Origin: Bacteroidota bacterium
GTDB taxonomy: Bacteria; Bacteroidota; Bacteroidia; Bacteroidales; GCA-2748055
Reading direction: 5' to 3'
Length of the DNA stretch: 64,000 nucleotides
NCBI GenBank assembly: GCA_039714775.1
Contig: JBDLIQ010000004.1
Location: forward strand, 20 to 64,019
Shown here piece after piece: positions 45,634-55,780 of this stretch; positions within the stretch are counted from its first letter, which is position 1, and the number at the start of each line of letters is the position of its first letter. The translations under genes were made by a program, and so were the position numbers. The notes beneath the pieces were generated by a model. The model did no database searches and was not told the origin of the DNA. It saw only the letters and a list, made by a program, of their open reading frames with translations.

Positions 45634-46806
45634 CTAATTACTGCACATCTCTTTCAGGTAGTCGTAATGCCATGACTTTGTACCATCTGGTTTCACCAGC
45701 CAAAAACCCCTCATATCTTCATTTAACTTTACAGGAGGTTTTGCATCCGTATTTTTTAACTCATTACAATACAACTGCCAGTAGATGATGTAGGGGCATT
45801 TCTCCTCAAGACCTGTTTCAACAGTATTTTTCATCACAGCTTCGATTTGCTCCGGGGTGTAATGATTTTCCGGAACACCATACTCCCCCAAATAGACATT
45901 GTCATTACCGAAAGCTTCACTGTCGGGCATCATTCTTTTAATAAAATTAATCGCCTGGTTGAGCAATACTGTATTTTCATTCTCAGCTGCTTTCAGACAT
46001 GCATCATAGCATGAATAAGAGACAAGGTCCAGATTTGTATAAGGCAGAACTTTGTTCACCATATTGGGAGCTCCCGACAAGGATTTGACAACCAAATTTA
46101 TTTCTGCAGCATGATATACAAATACATCCTGTGCAGCTACCTCTTCCCGTGCTTTTGTAACGCCCCTCTGACGGGCATTAAGCCACTCTGTCATTCTGGC
46201 AATTGCTTCCGGAGCAGGATCAATATCAGGATTGGTATGCCCGCGAAGGTGCCAGTCTCCTTCGTGATGCTGAAGTATAAAGGTTTTTCCAGTTCCGGCA
46301 TACTTTTCTAGCAGAGCCTTTGTGAATTCATAAAACTCACCCTCTTCTTGTTCAATATTAGCCTCACTTAAATAATCTTTCCAATAGTATGCATTGCTAT
46401 TAACAAATGAAGCAACATTCAAAACAAATGTCTTAAATGGTTTTTCAAATAACTCCGTGTAGTGGGTATTATTCAAGCCATCAAGAAGGGATGTTGCACC
46501 TGTGGGCCAGCTTGAATTCCATGGATACATGATATCAGGAGTTTCTATGCCATTATAGTACCAGATCTTAATCACTTCAGAACCCATCTCAAGCAGTACG
46601 TCCGCACCCTGATTCAGGCAATCTTCATCTCCAAAATAGTACCGGGGTATGACATGCGAAGAACCTATGATTTCAGAGTTCTTTCTCCCAACAGGATCCT
46701 CGATCGGTTCATCCACGGCAGGGGAGGAGCACGCCTGAATTCCGAAAATTATCAGCGTAATATAAGTCAGAAAAAACTTTAACAATACTTTAAGTTTTAT
46801 CTTCAT
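45634..46806 (-). CDS. Lipoprotein, possible clan GH-A-like (beta/alpha)8 glycoside hydrolase
   Basis: ATG start and lipoprotein signal IFGIQACSS. FILQHHEGDWHL and NVYLGEYGVPE are spaced like the acid/base and nucleophile glutamates of TIM-barrel glycosidases. The family is not identified. Confidence 0.35.
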   Translation of the reverse strand: MKIKLKVLLKFFLTYITLIIFGIQACSSPAVDEPIEDPVGRKNSEIIGSSHVIPRYYFGDEDCLNQGADVLLEMGSEVIKIWYYNGIETPDIMYPWNSSWPTGATSLLDGLNNTHYTELFEKPFKTFVLNVASFVNSNAYYWKDYLSEANIEQEEGEFYEFTKALLEKYAGTGKTFILQHHEGDWHLRGHTNPDIDPAPEAIARMTEWLNARQRGVTKAREEVAAQDVFVYHAAEINLVVKSLSGAPNMVNKVLPYTNLDLVSYSCYDACLKAAENENTVLLNQAINFIKRMMPDSEAFGNDNVYLGEYGVPENHYTPEQIEAVMKNTVETGLEEKCPYIIYWQLYCNELKNTDAKPPVKLNEDMRGFWLVKPDGTKSWHYDYLKEMCSN

Positions 46807-46809
46807 ATC

Positions 46810-49800
46810 TTATTTTGATAGCGTCATCTTGCGATGGAGGGTTGCTCTCTTTCCATTGTCGGAGAGGAACTCCAGCCTGCAGAGGTAGATTCCACCTTCC
46901 TGGTTCTCAGGAGTCCATCGCACTTCGTGTCTGCCTCCGTCCTGGTGCTGGCCATCTGTGAGTGTGGAGATCTTGCGTCCCAGCATATCATATACTGTAA
47001 GGCTCACCACACCACTTTCACCCAGGTTATAGGCTATTGTGGTCTGTTGATTAAAAGGATTTGGATGGTTTGGATAGAGATGGACCGGTCCGGTAGTTTC
47101 AGAGAGAGACTGCTCCACAGACAGTACACCGTCCAGCTGGAAGTCGTCGGTCAGAAACCCATACTGCTCCTCTGTATCCAGCTCCGCACCCACCAGGACG
47201 GATTTGATTCTCTTTCCGTGGGCAACCATCCCGATGGGACAGGTTACCTCGGTCCATGTTCCAATGGTGCCGCGTGCTGCATTCAGAGGATTGCCGTCAC
47301 CGGCCACTATTTCAAGTTCCGAAAGGCGTGTTCCATCGGTAAAGAGGAGGTCCAGATGGCCTGTTCTTCCCGCTTCATCCTGTGGATTGATCCAGTAGGA
47401 GAGGGTGGAATTATAACAGACAGTAATCCGGGAATCAAATATCTTATACAGAGGGGTGCTCCCTTCAATCTTGCTTCCCACTGTTTTTAAGGCATGCGTG
47501 CCTGTATGGGCATCACCTGTATGAACCGCTTCGCACTGATAACCTGGCAGACCATTAATTATAAACTCCTTGTCTCCATAAAGGGTATGATCCCAGCTGT
47601 TCTGCTCCTCATTGCTCTCCCAGCCTGTGGAAAATGTGGCTTTTGTCAAATACATTTTATGGGTATAATCTATCTCTGCAGTGCCCGGCTCCTCTGTGAA
47701 ATCGTAGATGATGGTTCCCAGTTGCTGATAGCTGCCAAAAAGTTTGAACCCGTTGGTTCCGGCTCCAAGAATATATTGTGGATTTGGACTGGATGAGATG
47801 GCAATGTTCTCCATGCGGGCCGTTCCGCTGTTGATCTTTAATGTACCGTTATGGGTGTGTAGCTGCTGGATCAGCACACTGCCATTTCCGTTCAGGTTGG
47901 TTGTTGGTCCTGCTCCGCCCCATGATACAGTATTGTAGAATGCAGCATCAGCCTCAAATCCCGGGCCTGTGGTAATAATCCCGTTCTGACTGCTCCCCAG
48001 CAGCACCAGCTGTGTGTTGACAAAGTTTATCTTCGACCCCGCCTTGCTCTCCATGTAGACCGCATTATCACCTGCATCGGTCCCATGCAGGAACAGATCG
48101 ATATTTGAGTTCCCCTGATCCGGTGCCAGGTGGATCCCTTTCTGGGCTGCAAAAACAAATGTACCCAGTATATGCTCTGCTGCTGCATCAGCAATTTTAA
48201 AAGCTTCCAGGTTATTTTGCTGGTGTGTGATAATTGCTGTGAAGTCGATGGTTCCGCCCTGTGGGTATCCTGCACTACGGCCCCAGTAGTGGGGGTTGAA
48301 CTGTACACTCTCGATCCAGCCATCGCCCGAGTTATTGCCGACCGATATTCCTGTTTTAAGCGGAGCCCCTGCCAGGTAGGTGACCACATGCCCTGCACTG
48401 GGATAAGAGGCAAGGTCGACACCCTGGTGGGTATTGCCCAGTGTCACATCTTTGACCCAGCAGTTCTCACCCAGTGTCTGTATGCTCCATGGGTAAGCAT
48501 AGAAGTGATCGGTACTCTGCTCGGGATACCAGACTGTAAATCCCCTGGCACCCGAACCGGTCTCCAGGGAGATGAAAGGTGCTGCATCCGGATTCCCTTT
48601 TCCTTCATAGGCCAGCAGTACACTTCCCCTGCTTATGGTATGGTGAGGCACATCCCAGATCCCCCTTAGCTCGACACCGGAAGGGACCACGAGGTGACTG
48701 CCTATTCTGTACATTCCGGCCGGGATATATACCGTACCCCCTCCGTTCGCTCCTGCTGCATCGAGTGCTGACTGGATAGCGGCTGTATTGTCTGTTACAC
48801 CATCAGCTACGGCGCCATATTCAACCACATCAAACAGCTCATCGCTTGCCGGACGGGGAACCGCTGAATAGGGATGGGGTGGTACATCCATTTTTTTAAA
48901 ACCGAGTGGTTCCTGCGAGATCAGCACTTTACCTTTACTTTGATTATGGATGTTTGGCTGAACCGGAAAAGTGTTATCAAGGATCTGTGCGTTGGTAACT
49001 CCGTAGCCCAGGTGAACGTGTAGCTGATCCTGTTCAAATCTGTTCCCCAGAAGTGAAAGAGAGCCACTGCTGCACTCAATAGCAGCTCCATCTCCTCCCA
49101 CTCCCCAACTTTCGAAGGTGCAGTTCTGGAAAGAGAGCCTCCCGGTACTGTTCGGGTTAAACAGGACGGCAGTTTCCGGGGCACCTCCCAATATGCAGGT
49201 ATTGAACTGGACCACAGATTTGAACGCATTCCCTGTCCGGATACAGGCAGACCCTTCACCTTCAACCTTTATCGATGCATTGGAAATAGCCCAGCCAATG
49301 CCATTGATGTCGAGCAGGTCAATCCCGATCATGCTCTTGTCAATATACAAACCGTTGATCACCCCATTGGGTCCCATATCGGTGTATTTAATGATCTTCA
49401 CCCCGGTTTTGTAACCAACAAGAGACACATCGTGGATGTACTCCCAGTCGGAGCGGCCCATGGTGATGCCCGTTGTGGCATTCTCTTTCATCCAGCCCAG
49501 GATGGCATCTTCTGAAGGGGCGCCACTCAATCCCGAACCACTCCAGTATTTTGGCTCAAAATGGACATTAAAAATCCTTCCTATGTCGGTGGTCTGCGAT
49601 AACCAGATGCCCTCTTTCAGCGGGGTTCCGTATACATTGTGTATGTAGTGCAACTCATTCCATTCGGGACCGATTTTAATTCCTTTGTAGGAGTTGACCA
49701 GGGTGACATTGATCACAGAGGTGTTGTCGCCCGATCCGGCTGATCCGTCAGGGTGACAATGGATGGTCCAGGGATAGGGGCTTACAGATGCAGCAGATTG

Positions 49801-50742
49801 TTCAGGATACCAGATGGAGAGGTTTTTAATACCAGCTCCCCGTTGAACACTGATAAATGGGGTTCCATTCTCTGAATCCTTGTCTGCATAGGGCATCAGG
49901 ATTGTGCCGGTGACACCGGCTGTGCTATCAGGATCTCCCCATTCACCTCTTAAAACGACCCTTTCAGGTATATTTAAATGACCGTTAAACCGATAGGAGC
50001 CGGCAGGGACAAAGACCACAGCACCTCCTGCACTGGATGCACGGTCAATCGCACTCTGGAAAGCAGCGGTGGCATCGGCCGAGCCATCATTTATTGCAAG
50101 ATAGGGTGCTTCAGTCACATCAATGCTGGCTATGGGAACATCGTCCGAGGGGAGGGTAGTGGTCATCACACGCGGGGCCAGCTCAGTGGAAGGCCCCATC
50201 ATGCGGACATTGTCCAGGTACATGGTGCCGGCAACACGCTGATTGGTTGTGTTGTACATGCGGAAGGCTACCCAGCATGTGGAAGCATTTGCGGGTGCTG
50301 TAACTATAAGCTCGTGTTCGGTATAGGTGCTGGTGAGCGCACAGTCCAGACTGCTCTGGGGAGCGATTACGCCGCCCCCTGCATCGAAAAAACCGACCAG
50401 GAAATTCACCTTTAGCCCGGAAGCTTCATCGCTTTTCATAGCTGCCTTTAGAGTGTATTCAGTCCCGGCGATGACAGGAACTCCTGCCGACCAGTTATCA
50501 AAACCGCGGTCAGTCACGGTGCCGTCCGAAGCCACATAGGAGATTTTCATGGCCTTGATTCCGTTGATGGCATCTGATGTGATTTCCCATGAGCTTCCTA
50601 TATTGGACGGGACTTCAAAGAAGCGCCAGAAGTTAATTCCATCCTCAAAATCACCATTGAACCTCTCCAGAATATTCACATCAAGAGAGAAAGCTGACAG
50701 TGCAGAGAAGAGGATGGACAGGGCAATGATCGTCGATTTCAT
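46810..50742 (-). CDS. T9SS cargo: N-terminal CBM-like module, two tandem beta-helix domains (GH55-like architecture), C-terminal beta-sandwich and CTD
   Basis: ATG start and signal peptide. Two Pectate_lyase_3-like starts lie about 420 aa apart: LAINDGSADATAAFQSAIDRASSAGGAVVFVPAGSYRF and YGAVADGVTDNTAAIQSALDAAGANGGGTVYIPAGMYRI. Tandem beta-helices of this kind are the hallmark of GH55 beta-1,3-glucanases. The CTD reads HPNPFNQQTTIAYNL...GIYLCRL. Confidence 0.5.
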   Translation of the reverse strand: MKSTIIALSILFSALSAFSLDVNILERFNGDFEDGINFWRFFEVPSNIGSSWEITSDAINGIKAMKISYVASDGTVTDRGFDNWSAGVPVIAGTEYTLKAAMKSDEASGLKVNFLVGFFDAGGGVIAPQSSLDCALTSTYTEHELIVTAPANASTCWVAFRMYNTTNQRVAGTMYLDNVRMMGPSTELAPRVMTTTLPSDDVPIASIDVTEAPYLAINDGSADATAAFQSAIDRASSAGGAVVFVPAGSYRFNGHLNIPERVVLRGEWGDPDSTAGVTGTILMPYADKDSENGTPFISVQRGAGIKNLSIWYPEQSAASVSPYPWTIHCHPDGSAGSGDNTSVINVTLVNSYKGIKIGPEWNELHYIHNVYGTPLKEGIWLSQTTDIGRIFNVHFEPKYWSGSGLSGAPSEDAILGWMKENATTGITMGRSDWEYIHDVSLVGYKTGVKIIKYTDMGPNGVINGLYIDKSMIGIDLLDINGIGWAISNASIKVEGEGSACIRTGNAFKSVVQFNTCILGGAPETAVLFNPNSTGRLSFQNCTFESWGVGGDGAAIECSSGSLSLLGNRFEQDQLHVHLGYGVTNAQILDNTFPVQPNIHNQSKGKVLISQEPLGFKKMDVPPHPYSAVPRPASDELFDVVEYGAVADGVTDNTAAIQSALDAAGANGGGTVYIPAGMYRIGSHLVVPSGVELRGIWDVPHHTISRGSVLLAYEGKGNPDAAPFISLETGSGARGFTVWYPEQSTDHFYAYPWSIQTLGENCWVKDVTLGNTHQGVDLASYPSAGHVVTYLAGAPLKTGISVGNNSGDGWIESVQFNPHYWGRSAGYPQGGTIDFTAIITHQQNNLEAFKIADAAAEHILGTFVFAAQKGIHLAPDQGNSNIDLFLHGTDAGDNAVYMESKAGSKINFVNTQLVLLGSSQNGIITTGPGFEADAAFYNTVSWGGAGPTTNLNGNGSVLIQQLHTHNGTLKINSGTARMENIAISSSPNPQYILGAGTNGFKLFGSYQQLGTIIYDFTEEPGTAEIDYTHKMYLTKATFSTGWESNEEQNSWDHTLYGDKEFIINGLPGYQCEAVHTGDAHTGTHALKTVGSKIEGSTPLYKIFDSRITVCYNSTLSYWINPQDEAGRTGHLDLLFTDGTRLSELEIVAGDGNPLNAARGTIGTWTEVTCPIGMVAHGKRIKSVLVGAELDTEEQYGFLTDDFQLDGVLSVEQSLSETTGPVHLYPNHPNPFNQQTTIAYNLGESGVVSLTVYDMLGRKISTLTDGQHQDGGRHEVRWTPENQEGGIYLCRLEFLSDNGKRATLHRKMTLSK

Positions 50743-50827
50743 ATTTTAGAGTTTTTTATTTCCGGATACAACAACATCTGCAATTCAGTCAAGCATTCTT
50801 CGACATCTGAGAAATAGAGATGAGAGC

Positions 50828-53173
50828 CTATTTAATCACTACCATGCTTTTTGTTTGGATCAACCCGGGAGTTTCCAGGCGGTAGAAGTAGACGCCATTT
50901 GTCAACTGACTGGCGTTGATGGTGATCATATGATCACCTGCCGACAACACCCTGTCCACCACATCCAGTACTTTTTTACCCGCCAGGTTGTATATTGTGA
51001 GTGTTGCCGGTGTATCTTTCGGAACAGAAAGAGACACATGTGTTATGGTGGAGAAGGGGTTGGGATGGTTTTGAGAGAATTCAAAACCCGCGTTGTCCAA
51101 TTTCGGGCCCGCTTGAATGCCTGTTATACAGGCTTGTGATTTGGCTTCATAGAGAAACTGGATCTCTTTATCAGTCAGGGCGCGGTTATAGATCTGCAGA
51201 TCATCGACCCCTCCTTTGAAATAGTGTCCACCGTTTTCGCCCATCCGTGCCGACTGGTTTGGTTTCACGGTGCCTGATAATCCGGTGTGGGTATCTTCCA
51301 CCACACCATTCATATAGATGCTTGCCTGTGATCCATCATAGACTCCCACAACATGGATCCATTCACCGGTTCGGAGCCTGCTACTGTTAATGCCCGGTCG
51401 CTCGGCGCCTCCTGATGTGGCCACCTTAAAACGCAATTCGTTGTTATTTGCATCCTCGTAAATGATGTAGCAATCGCTGTCCGAATCGTAAACGGGCCCG
51501 TAGGTGGATGGCATCTCACCGGGAAGGTAAGAGAGCTTCACCCATGTCGACATGGAGACTGCACTGGTTGTAATATTCAGGCTGCCGGTAAGCGGGATCT
51601 GTACATAATCTTCAACCCCGTCAAATTTCATGGCATTGACGATCTTTCCTTCGGTCCATTCAGGATTGCTGACCAGCCAACCATGGTTGTCATTCCCCGA
51701 GTGGTCGTAGATGGTATCACCTCCGGTTTCATCCAATGGCCAGTGGGCAACCAGTCCGTCGAAATAGGGCTGGTAGGAGAGGTCAATTGCAGTATCTGTA
51801 ATCGGGTTGGGAGTGAGGGCGCCATCCTCAATGCCCTTTACATGCAGGGTGTATGGCGTGTTTTCCAGGAGCGCAGATGTGGTCAGTGAGACAGTTTCCT
51901 TTTCAATAGACAGTTGTGAGGAGTGGATCTCAATCCCGTTGATTGTGTAATTGCTAATATCTTCGGCCGAACTTTGGGTGATGATCTCGTTGAAACTGAC
52001 TGTGATTTCGGAGTGATCTCCATAATTATAAACTGAAGTCACTTCAGGTGGGGTCACATCGTTTTGTGTGGTGGCAATCACCTCGTTGCTAAAATCAACA
52101 CTGGCCATCCCGGCTCTGTTCTTCGCCTTTATCCTGTAGTAGAAGGTCTGCTCCTCCTGGAGGGTTTCATCGGTAAAAGATAAAGCATCACCTACAGTTG
52201 CGTAAAGTGTAGAAGCGTTTTCCGAAGTGCTTCGGTATATTTCGTATCCGCTGATGCCGCTTTCGGCATCTTCGGCCGCTTGCCAGCTGAGCATTACGCT
52301 TGTGGCCTCAACCACGGCACTTTCAATGACCACATTTGAAGGTGGTGTATCGTCATCGAGTGCAACCAGTTTCTGAGGAAAATTGGTGATGATCCCATCG
52401 ATTCCGAGATCAATCAGACTTACCATTTCACTCTCACTGTTCACGGTCCACCTCCACACCTCAATATCCCTGGCATGTGCATAATCCAGGATGGCTGTGG
52501 TGGCACCACCGTTTCCTCCAATGGCCTCTCCCTGAATGGATTCAACCTGGTCAATTGTGCCATTGGTTATCGCTCCGGTGAGCAACAGAACCGGGATCTG
52601 GGGATTAATGGTTTTCGATTCGGTGATCACGGCCAGGTCAAAGCAAAAAATGATGACCTCATTTTCCATACCCAGCTCCTCAACCAGGTTTACTATTTTC
52701 CCGGCCATGCCATTTGCACCGGTTTTCGCTTCAATACACACTTTAATACCATCTTCCCTGGCCTGAAGCAGCGATTCCCGCAGGGTGGGTATCTTCTCCC
52801 CTTCAAAATCTGCTGAAAACCACGAACCTGCATCCAGCTGGCTTAGCTGCTCATAGGTGTAATTATTCACCGCACCCGTACCATCAGTGGTCCTGTCGAG
52901 GGTATTGTCATGTATGATCACAAGCGAATCATCTTTCGACAGCATCACATCCAGCTCAAAGTAGTCGGCTCCAACCTCAGCTGCCATACGAAATGCTGCC
53001 AGTGTATTTTCAGGGGCGATGGAGGAGGCTCCCCGATGTGCAATGTTTTTTACCTGTGCATTTGCTGTCAGACTGACCAGCGATGTTAAAACAATGCCAA
53101 AGCAGATTACCTTGGTAAGGGATTGAGTAGAACTTTTTCTCTTTGCTCTCAAGAAGAATATGTCTATCTTCAT
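50828..53173 (-). CDS. Glycerophosphodiester phosphodiesterase (GDPD) domain protein with FN3 repeats, LamG-like domain and T9SS CTD
   Basis: ATG start and signal peptide. GDPD core reads NIAHRGASSIAPENTLAAFRMAAEVGADYFELDVMLSKDDSLVIIHDNTLDRTTDG. FN3 reads VMLSWQAAEDAESGISGYEIYRS. LamG-like reads LVAHWPLDETGGDTIYDHSGNDNHGWL...DDLQIYNRALT. The CTD reads HPNPFSTITHV...GVYFYRL. Confidence 0.8.
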   Translation of the reverse strand: MKIDIFFLRAKRKSSTQSLTKVICFGIVLTSLVSLTANAQVKNIAHRGASSIAPENTLAAFRMAAEVGADYFELDVMLSKDDSLVIIHDNTLDRTTDGTGAVNNYTYEQLSQLDAGSWFSADFEGEKIPTLRESLLQAREDGIKVCIEAKTGANGMAGKIVNLVEELGMENEVIIFCFDLAVITESKTINPQIPVLLLTGAITNGTIDQVESIQGEAIGGNGGATTAILDYAHARDIEVWRWTVNSESEMVSLIDLGIDGIITNFPQKLVALDDDTPPSNVVIESAVVEATSVMLSWQAAEDAESGISGYEIYRSTSENASTLYATVGDALSFTDETLQEEQTFYYRIKAKNRAGMASVDFSNEVIATTQNDVTPPEVTSVYNYGDHSEITVSFNEIITQSSAEDISNYTINGIEIHSSQLSIEKETVSLTTSALLENTPYTLHVKGIEDGALTPNPITDTAIDLSYQPYFDGLVAHWPLDETGGDTIYDHSGNDNHGWLVSNPEWTEGKIVNAMKFDGVEDYVQIPLTGSLNITTSAVSMSTWVKLSYLPGEMPSTYGPVYDSDSDCYIIYEDANNNELRFKVATSGGAERPGINSSRLRTGEWIHVVGVYDGSQASIYMNGVVEDTHTGLSGTVKPNQSARMGENGGHYFKGGVDDLQIYNRALTDKEIQFLYEAKSQACITGIQAGPKLDNAGFEFSQNHPNPFSTITHVSLSVPKDTPATLTIYNLAGKKVLDVVDRVLSAGDHMITINASQLTNGVYFYRLETPGLIQTKSMVVIK

Positions 53174-53180
53174 ATCAATA

Positions 53181-53861
53181 CTAAATTCCCAATCTTATCG
53201 CTGTACAGAAGTTATACTTGGCTTCAGGAACATCTATTAAAGCACATACTCTAAAGAAATAGTCCTTTCCCTTTTCCAACCTATTAGTTCTCAGCTCTAT
53301 TGTAAAAACGTCATTAGGATCAACAACTGTACCTACATTTTGTCCCTGTGTTACCGTACGAATTCCAACTCCAACCGAAGGATTCAGATCTGCCACCAGC
53401 ATAAGTGATTTAACAGGTTCGGAAGCAACCTGCTCTAGTTTGAATGTTGCTATAACCTTACTGCTGTCTGCATTCAATTCCATATTAACATCATTGATCC
53501 GAATATATGGAAGCGCCATAAAGGTATGCTCTGTGTCCCCGCTGATCTCGATTGTTTCTACCGGAACCTCTAAAAAATTTCCACGCACAGGTTGAACCTC
53601 ATAAGATCCGGAAAACATCAGGTTGTTGCGGAAGGTGCCATCCGCTTTAAACCTCAATTGTTGAATCTGAGGATTTTCAAACCCAAGCTCAATATAGTCT
53701 ATCACAGAACCCTGGATCAGGTCCTGGGGGATCGGTTCGTTGGTATCCATGTCGATGATACTTCCGAAGAAACTGGCATCAGGTGCATCGTAATTGTCCA
53801 GCTCGCATGCACTGACCAGCAGACCAAGTATCGCTATGATATATAAATTAATTGCTTTCAT
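53181..53861 (-). CDS. DUF3823-like PUL-associated lipoprotein (copy B)
   Basis: ATG start. It is colinear with and almost identical in protein sequence to copy A (18156-18836). Lipoprotein signal LLVSAC. Confidence 0.6.
   Translation of the reverse strand: MKAINLYIIAILGLLVSACELDNYDAPDASFFGSIIDMDTNEPIPQDLIQGSVIDYIELGFENPQIQQLRFKADGTFRNNLMFSGSYEVQPVRGNFLEVPVETIEISGDTEHTFMALPYIRINDVNMELNADSSKVIATFKLEQVASEPVKSLMLVADLNPSVGVGIRTVTQGQNVGTVVDPNDVFTIELRTNRLEKGKDYFFRVCALIDVPEAKYNFCTAIRLGI
53542..53735. repeat. Near-identical tract shared with 18517-18710 (194 nt, 1 mismatch)
   Basis: See the partner feature at 18517-18710. The offset between the copies is 35025 nt. Confidence 0.95.
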
Positions 53862-53879
53862 AATATCTGTTTTAGATAA

Positions 53880-55769
53880 TTAATACTGAGGATTCTGGAT
53901 CAATCCGTTTGAACCAATACCAGGTATTGCTTTGTAGTACCAGGCTTCCAGAAAAGTATGTGGATTGGTATTTAAAATCACCTTTCTTACAAAAATATAC
54001 TTCATTGTTCTTAAATCTAAAATTGGAACAAGTGAGTGTCTGTTGGTCTGGAAAAATGCAGTATGGTACTCTCTTCTTCGTATAAGATCCCAATACCTTT
54101 TATTCTCAAATGCCAGCTCTACCCTTCTTTCACGTAGCACGTTTTCAAGTGATAATGGAATATCGGTTGTATGAGCAGCCCTGTGACGAATGTCATTTAT
54201 AACCTCTTCAGCCAAAGCAGCATCACCTGCTCCACTCTCCACAACAGCCTCTGCATAGTTCAACAGAACCTCAGCATATCGGAAATCAATCCAATCGGTC
54301 AGTGAGTAGTTCCAACCCAACTTTGGTACATATTGTGAGTCAAGAAATTTTCTAAAAAGAAAACCTGTCCGGGTATAATTACCACCGGTTGGATCAAATC
54401 CTGAATACAATTTTGTATTTGAACCGCCATAGGTATAATAGATGGTGCTATCTACCTCAATTTCTGCTTTTTGTTCAATTTTTGGTGTGCCATCCGGTTG
54501 AATATAGCCACCCTGAATGATAATCTCCACACCTTTCCATATTGAACTTGGAAGAATGGTTGTAGCGTGCAGGCGTGCATCTTTACTGGCAAAAATATCA
54601 CCCGGATGATCAAACTCCAGGTAGCTTCTGCTTGCATCATATCCGTCGTAATTATAGACATTACCATCAACTGTTGTTACAACAGGGGCAGACTGACCGG
54701 GATTGGAATAATCTTCATAAGCATCTACAAACTCTATTGTTGGATTAAAACGACCGGGATGAGGCCAGGCTCCGGCAGTTTGTGCAGGGTTTCCCCAGTT
54801 ATCCTGGTTACTACCCAGATCCACACCCTCAAGTGTAAATCCTTTTAAAAATATAACCTCATCAAGAGAGCGGTTAGGGTCTTCAAACATCTCTCTGTAA
54901 TTTTCTGCTGCCTCTTCCGGACCTGCAGGTGAAGCTTTATAGAGAGAAAAACGACCCGATTTTATAATTGAGTCAGATGCATTGATACATGCAAGATAGT
55001 ATTCAGCTGCAACAGACGGATCCATTCCTACCAGGCCTGCATCCTTTGCTGCACCCGACAGTGGCGCACGATCCCAATATTTAGCCACAGAGGCTGCATG
55101 CAGCGCTGCTCTTGACTTCAGCGCATATGCTGCCCATTTGGTGCCTCTGCGCCTGTTTCCATCTCCATCCCCAAGTAGTGAGGCAGCAATATCGCAGTTT
55201 TCAAGAACAAAATCCCATGTCTCCTTTTCTGTGCTTCTCGGAACATTCATGGCCTCCTGGTCATCTAGATCAGCTATCTCAGTGATAATCGGAACGCCAC
55301 CATATCTTTTTGCCAATGCATAATAGATGTATGCACGCATGAAGGCTGCCTCACCCAGCAGGGCATCTTTCTCCTCCTCACTTACCTTTAGTTCAGGAAT
55401 AACACTAAACAACAGGTTAACATCTCTGTTAAGCTTATAGCCTTCATTCCACCAATAAAAACTCCACGGTCCATGACAGATGTCATCACGTTGTGATCCA
55501 CAGGCATCATCCGTAATAATAATAGGAAAATGGCCATTAATATTTGCATCAGCAGTATTCCAGCTTATTCCATTGTCAGGGGTTGAGTTAAAGTCTTCAA
55601 TGGGCATTTGATAATATAACCCGGCCATAAATGTTTTTACACCCTCAGGACTTGAGAAGAGAGCATCTGCACTTACCTTATCGGTCGGTTCCAGTTGAAG
55701 ATAGTCAGCATTGCAACCAACCATTCCGATTAAGGACAATACTATAATTATTTTTCTATTGAACTTCAT
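53880..55769 (-). CDS. susD: SusD/RagB-family lipoprotein (copy B)
   Basis: ATG start and lipoprotein signal IGMVGCNADYLQLEPTDKVSADALF. It is colinear with copy A, roughly two-thirds identical by eye. Confidence 0.9.
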   Translation of the reverse strand: MKFNRKIIIVLSLIGMVGCNADYLQLEPTDKVSADALFSSPEGVKTFMAGLYYQMPIEDFNSTPDNGISWNTADANINGHFPIIITDDACGSQRDDICHGPWSFYWWNEGYKLNRDVNLLFSVIPELKVSEEEKDALLGEAAFMRAYIYYALAKRYGGVPIITEIADLDDQEAMNVPRSTEKETWDFVLENCDIAASLLGDGDGNRRRGTKWAAYALKSRAALHAASVAKYWDRAPLSGAAKDAGLVGMDPSVAAEYYLACINASDSIIKSGRFSLYKASPAGPEEAAENYREMFEDPNRSLDEVIFLKGFTLEGVDLGSNQDNWGNPAQTAGAWPHPGRFNPTIEFVDAYEDYSNPGQSAPVVTTVDGNVYNYDGYDASRSYLEFDHPGDIFASKDARLHATTILPSSIWKGVEIIIQGGYIQPDGTPKIEQKAEIEVDSTIYYTYGGSNTKLYSGFDPTGGNYTRTGFLFRKFLDSQYVPKLGWNYSLTDWIDFRYAEVLLNYAEAVVESGAGDAALAEEVINDIRHRAAHTTDIPLSLENVLRERRVELAFENKRYWDLIRRREYHTAFFQTNRHSLVPILDLRTMKYIFVRKVILNTNPHTFLEAWYYKAIPGIGSNGLIQNPQY

Positions 55770-55780
55770 AGCTACTCAAT

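Noticed and set aside
53872-54093. 73-aa - strand ORF overlapping the 3' end of SusD copy B.
   Set aside because: It lies out of frame within the SusD CDS and has no motifs. It is a shadow ORF.
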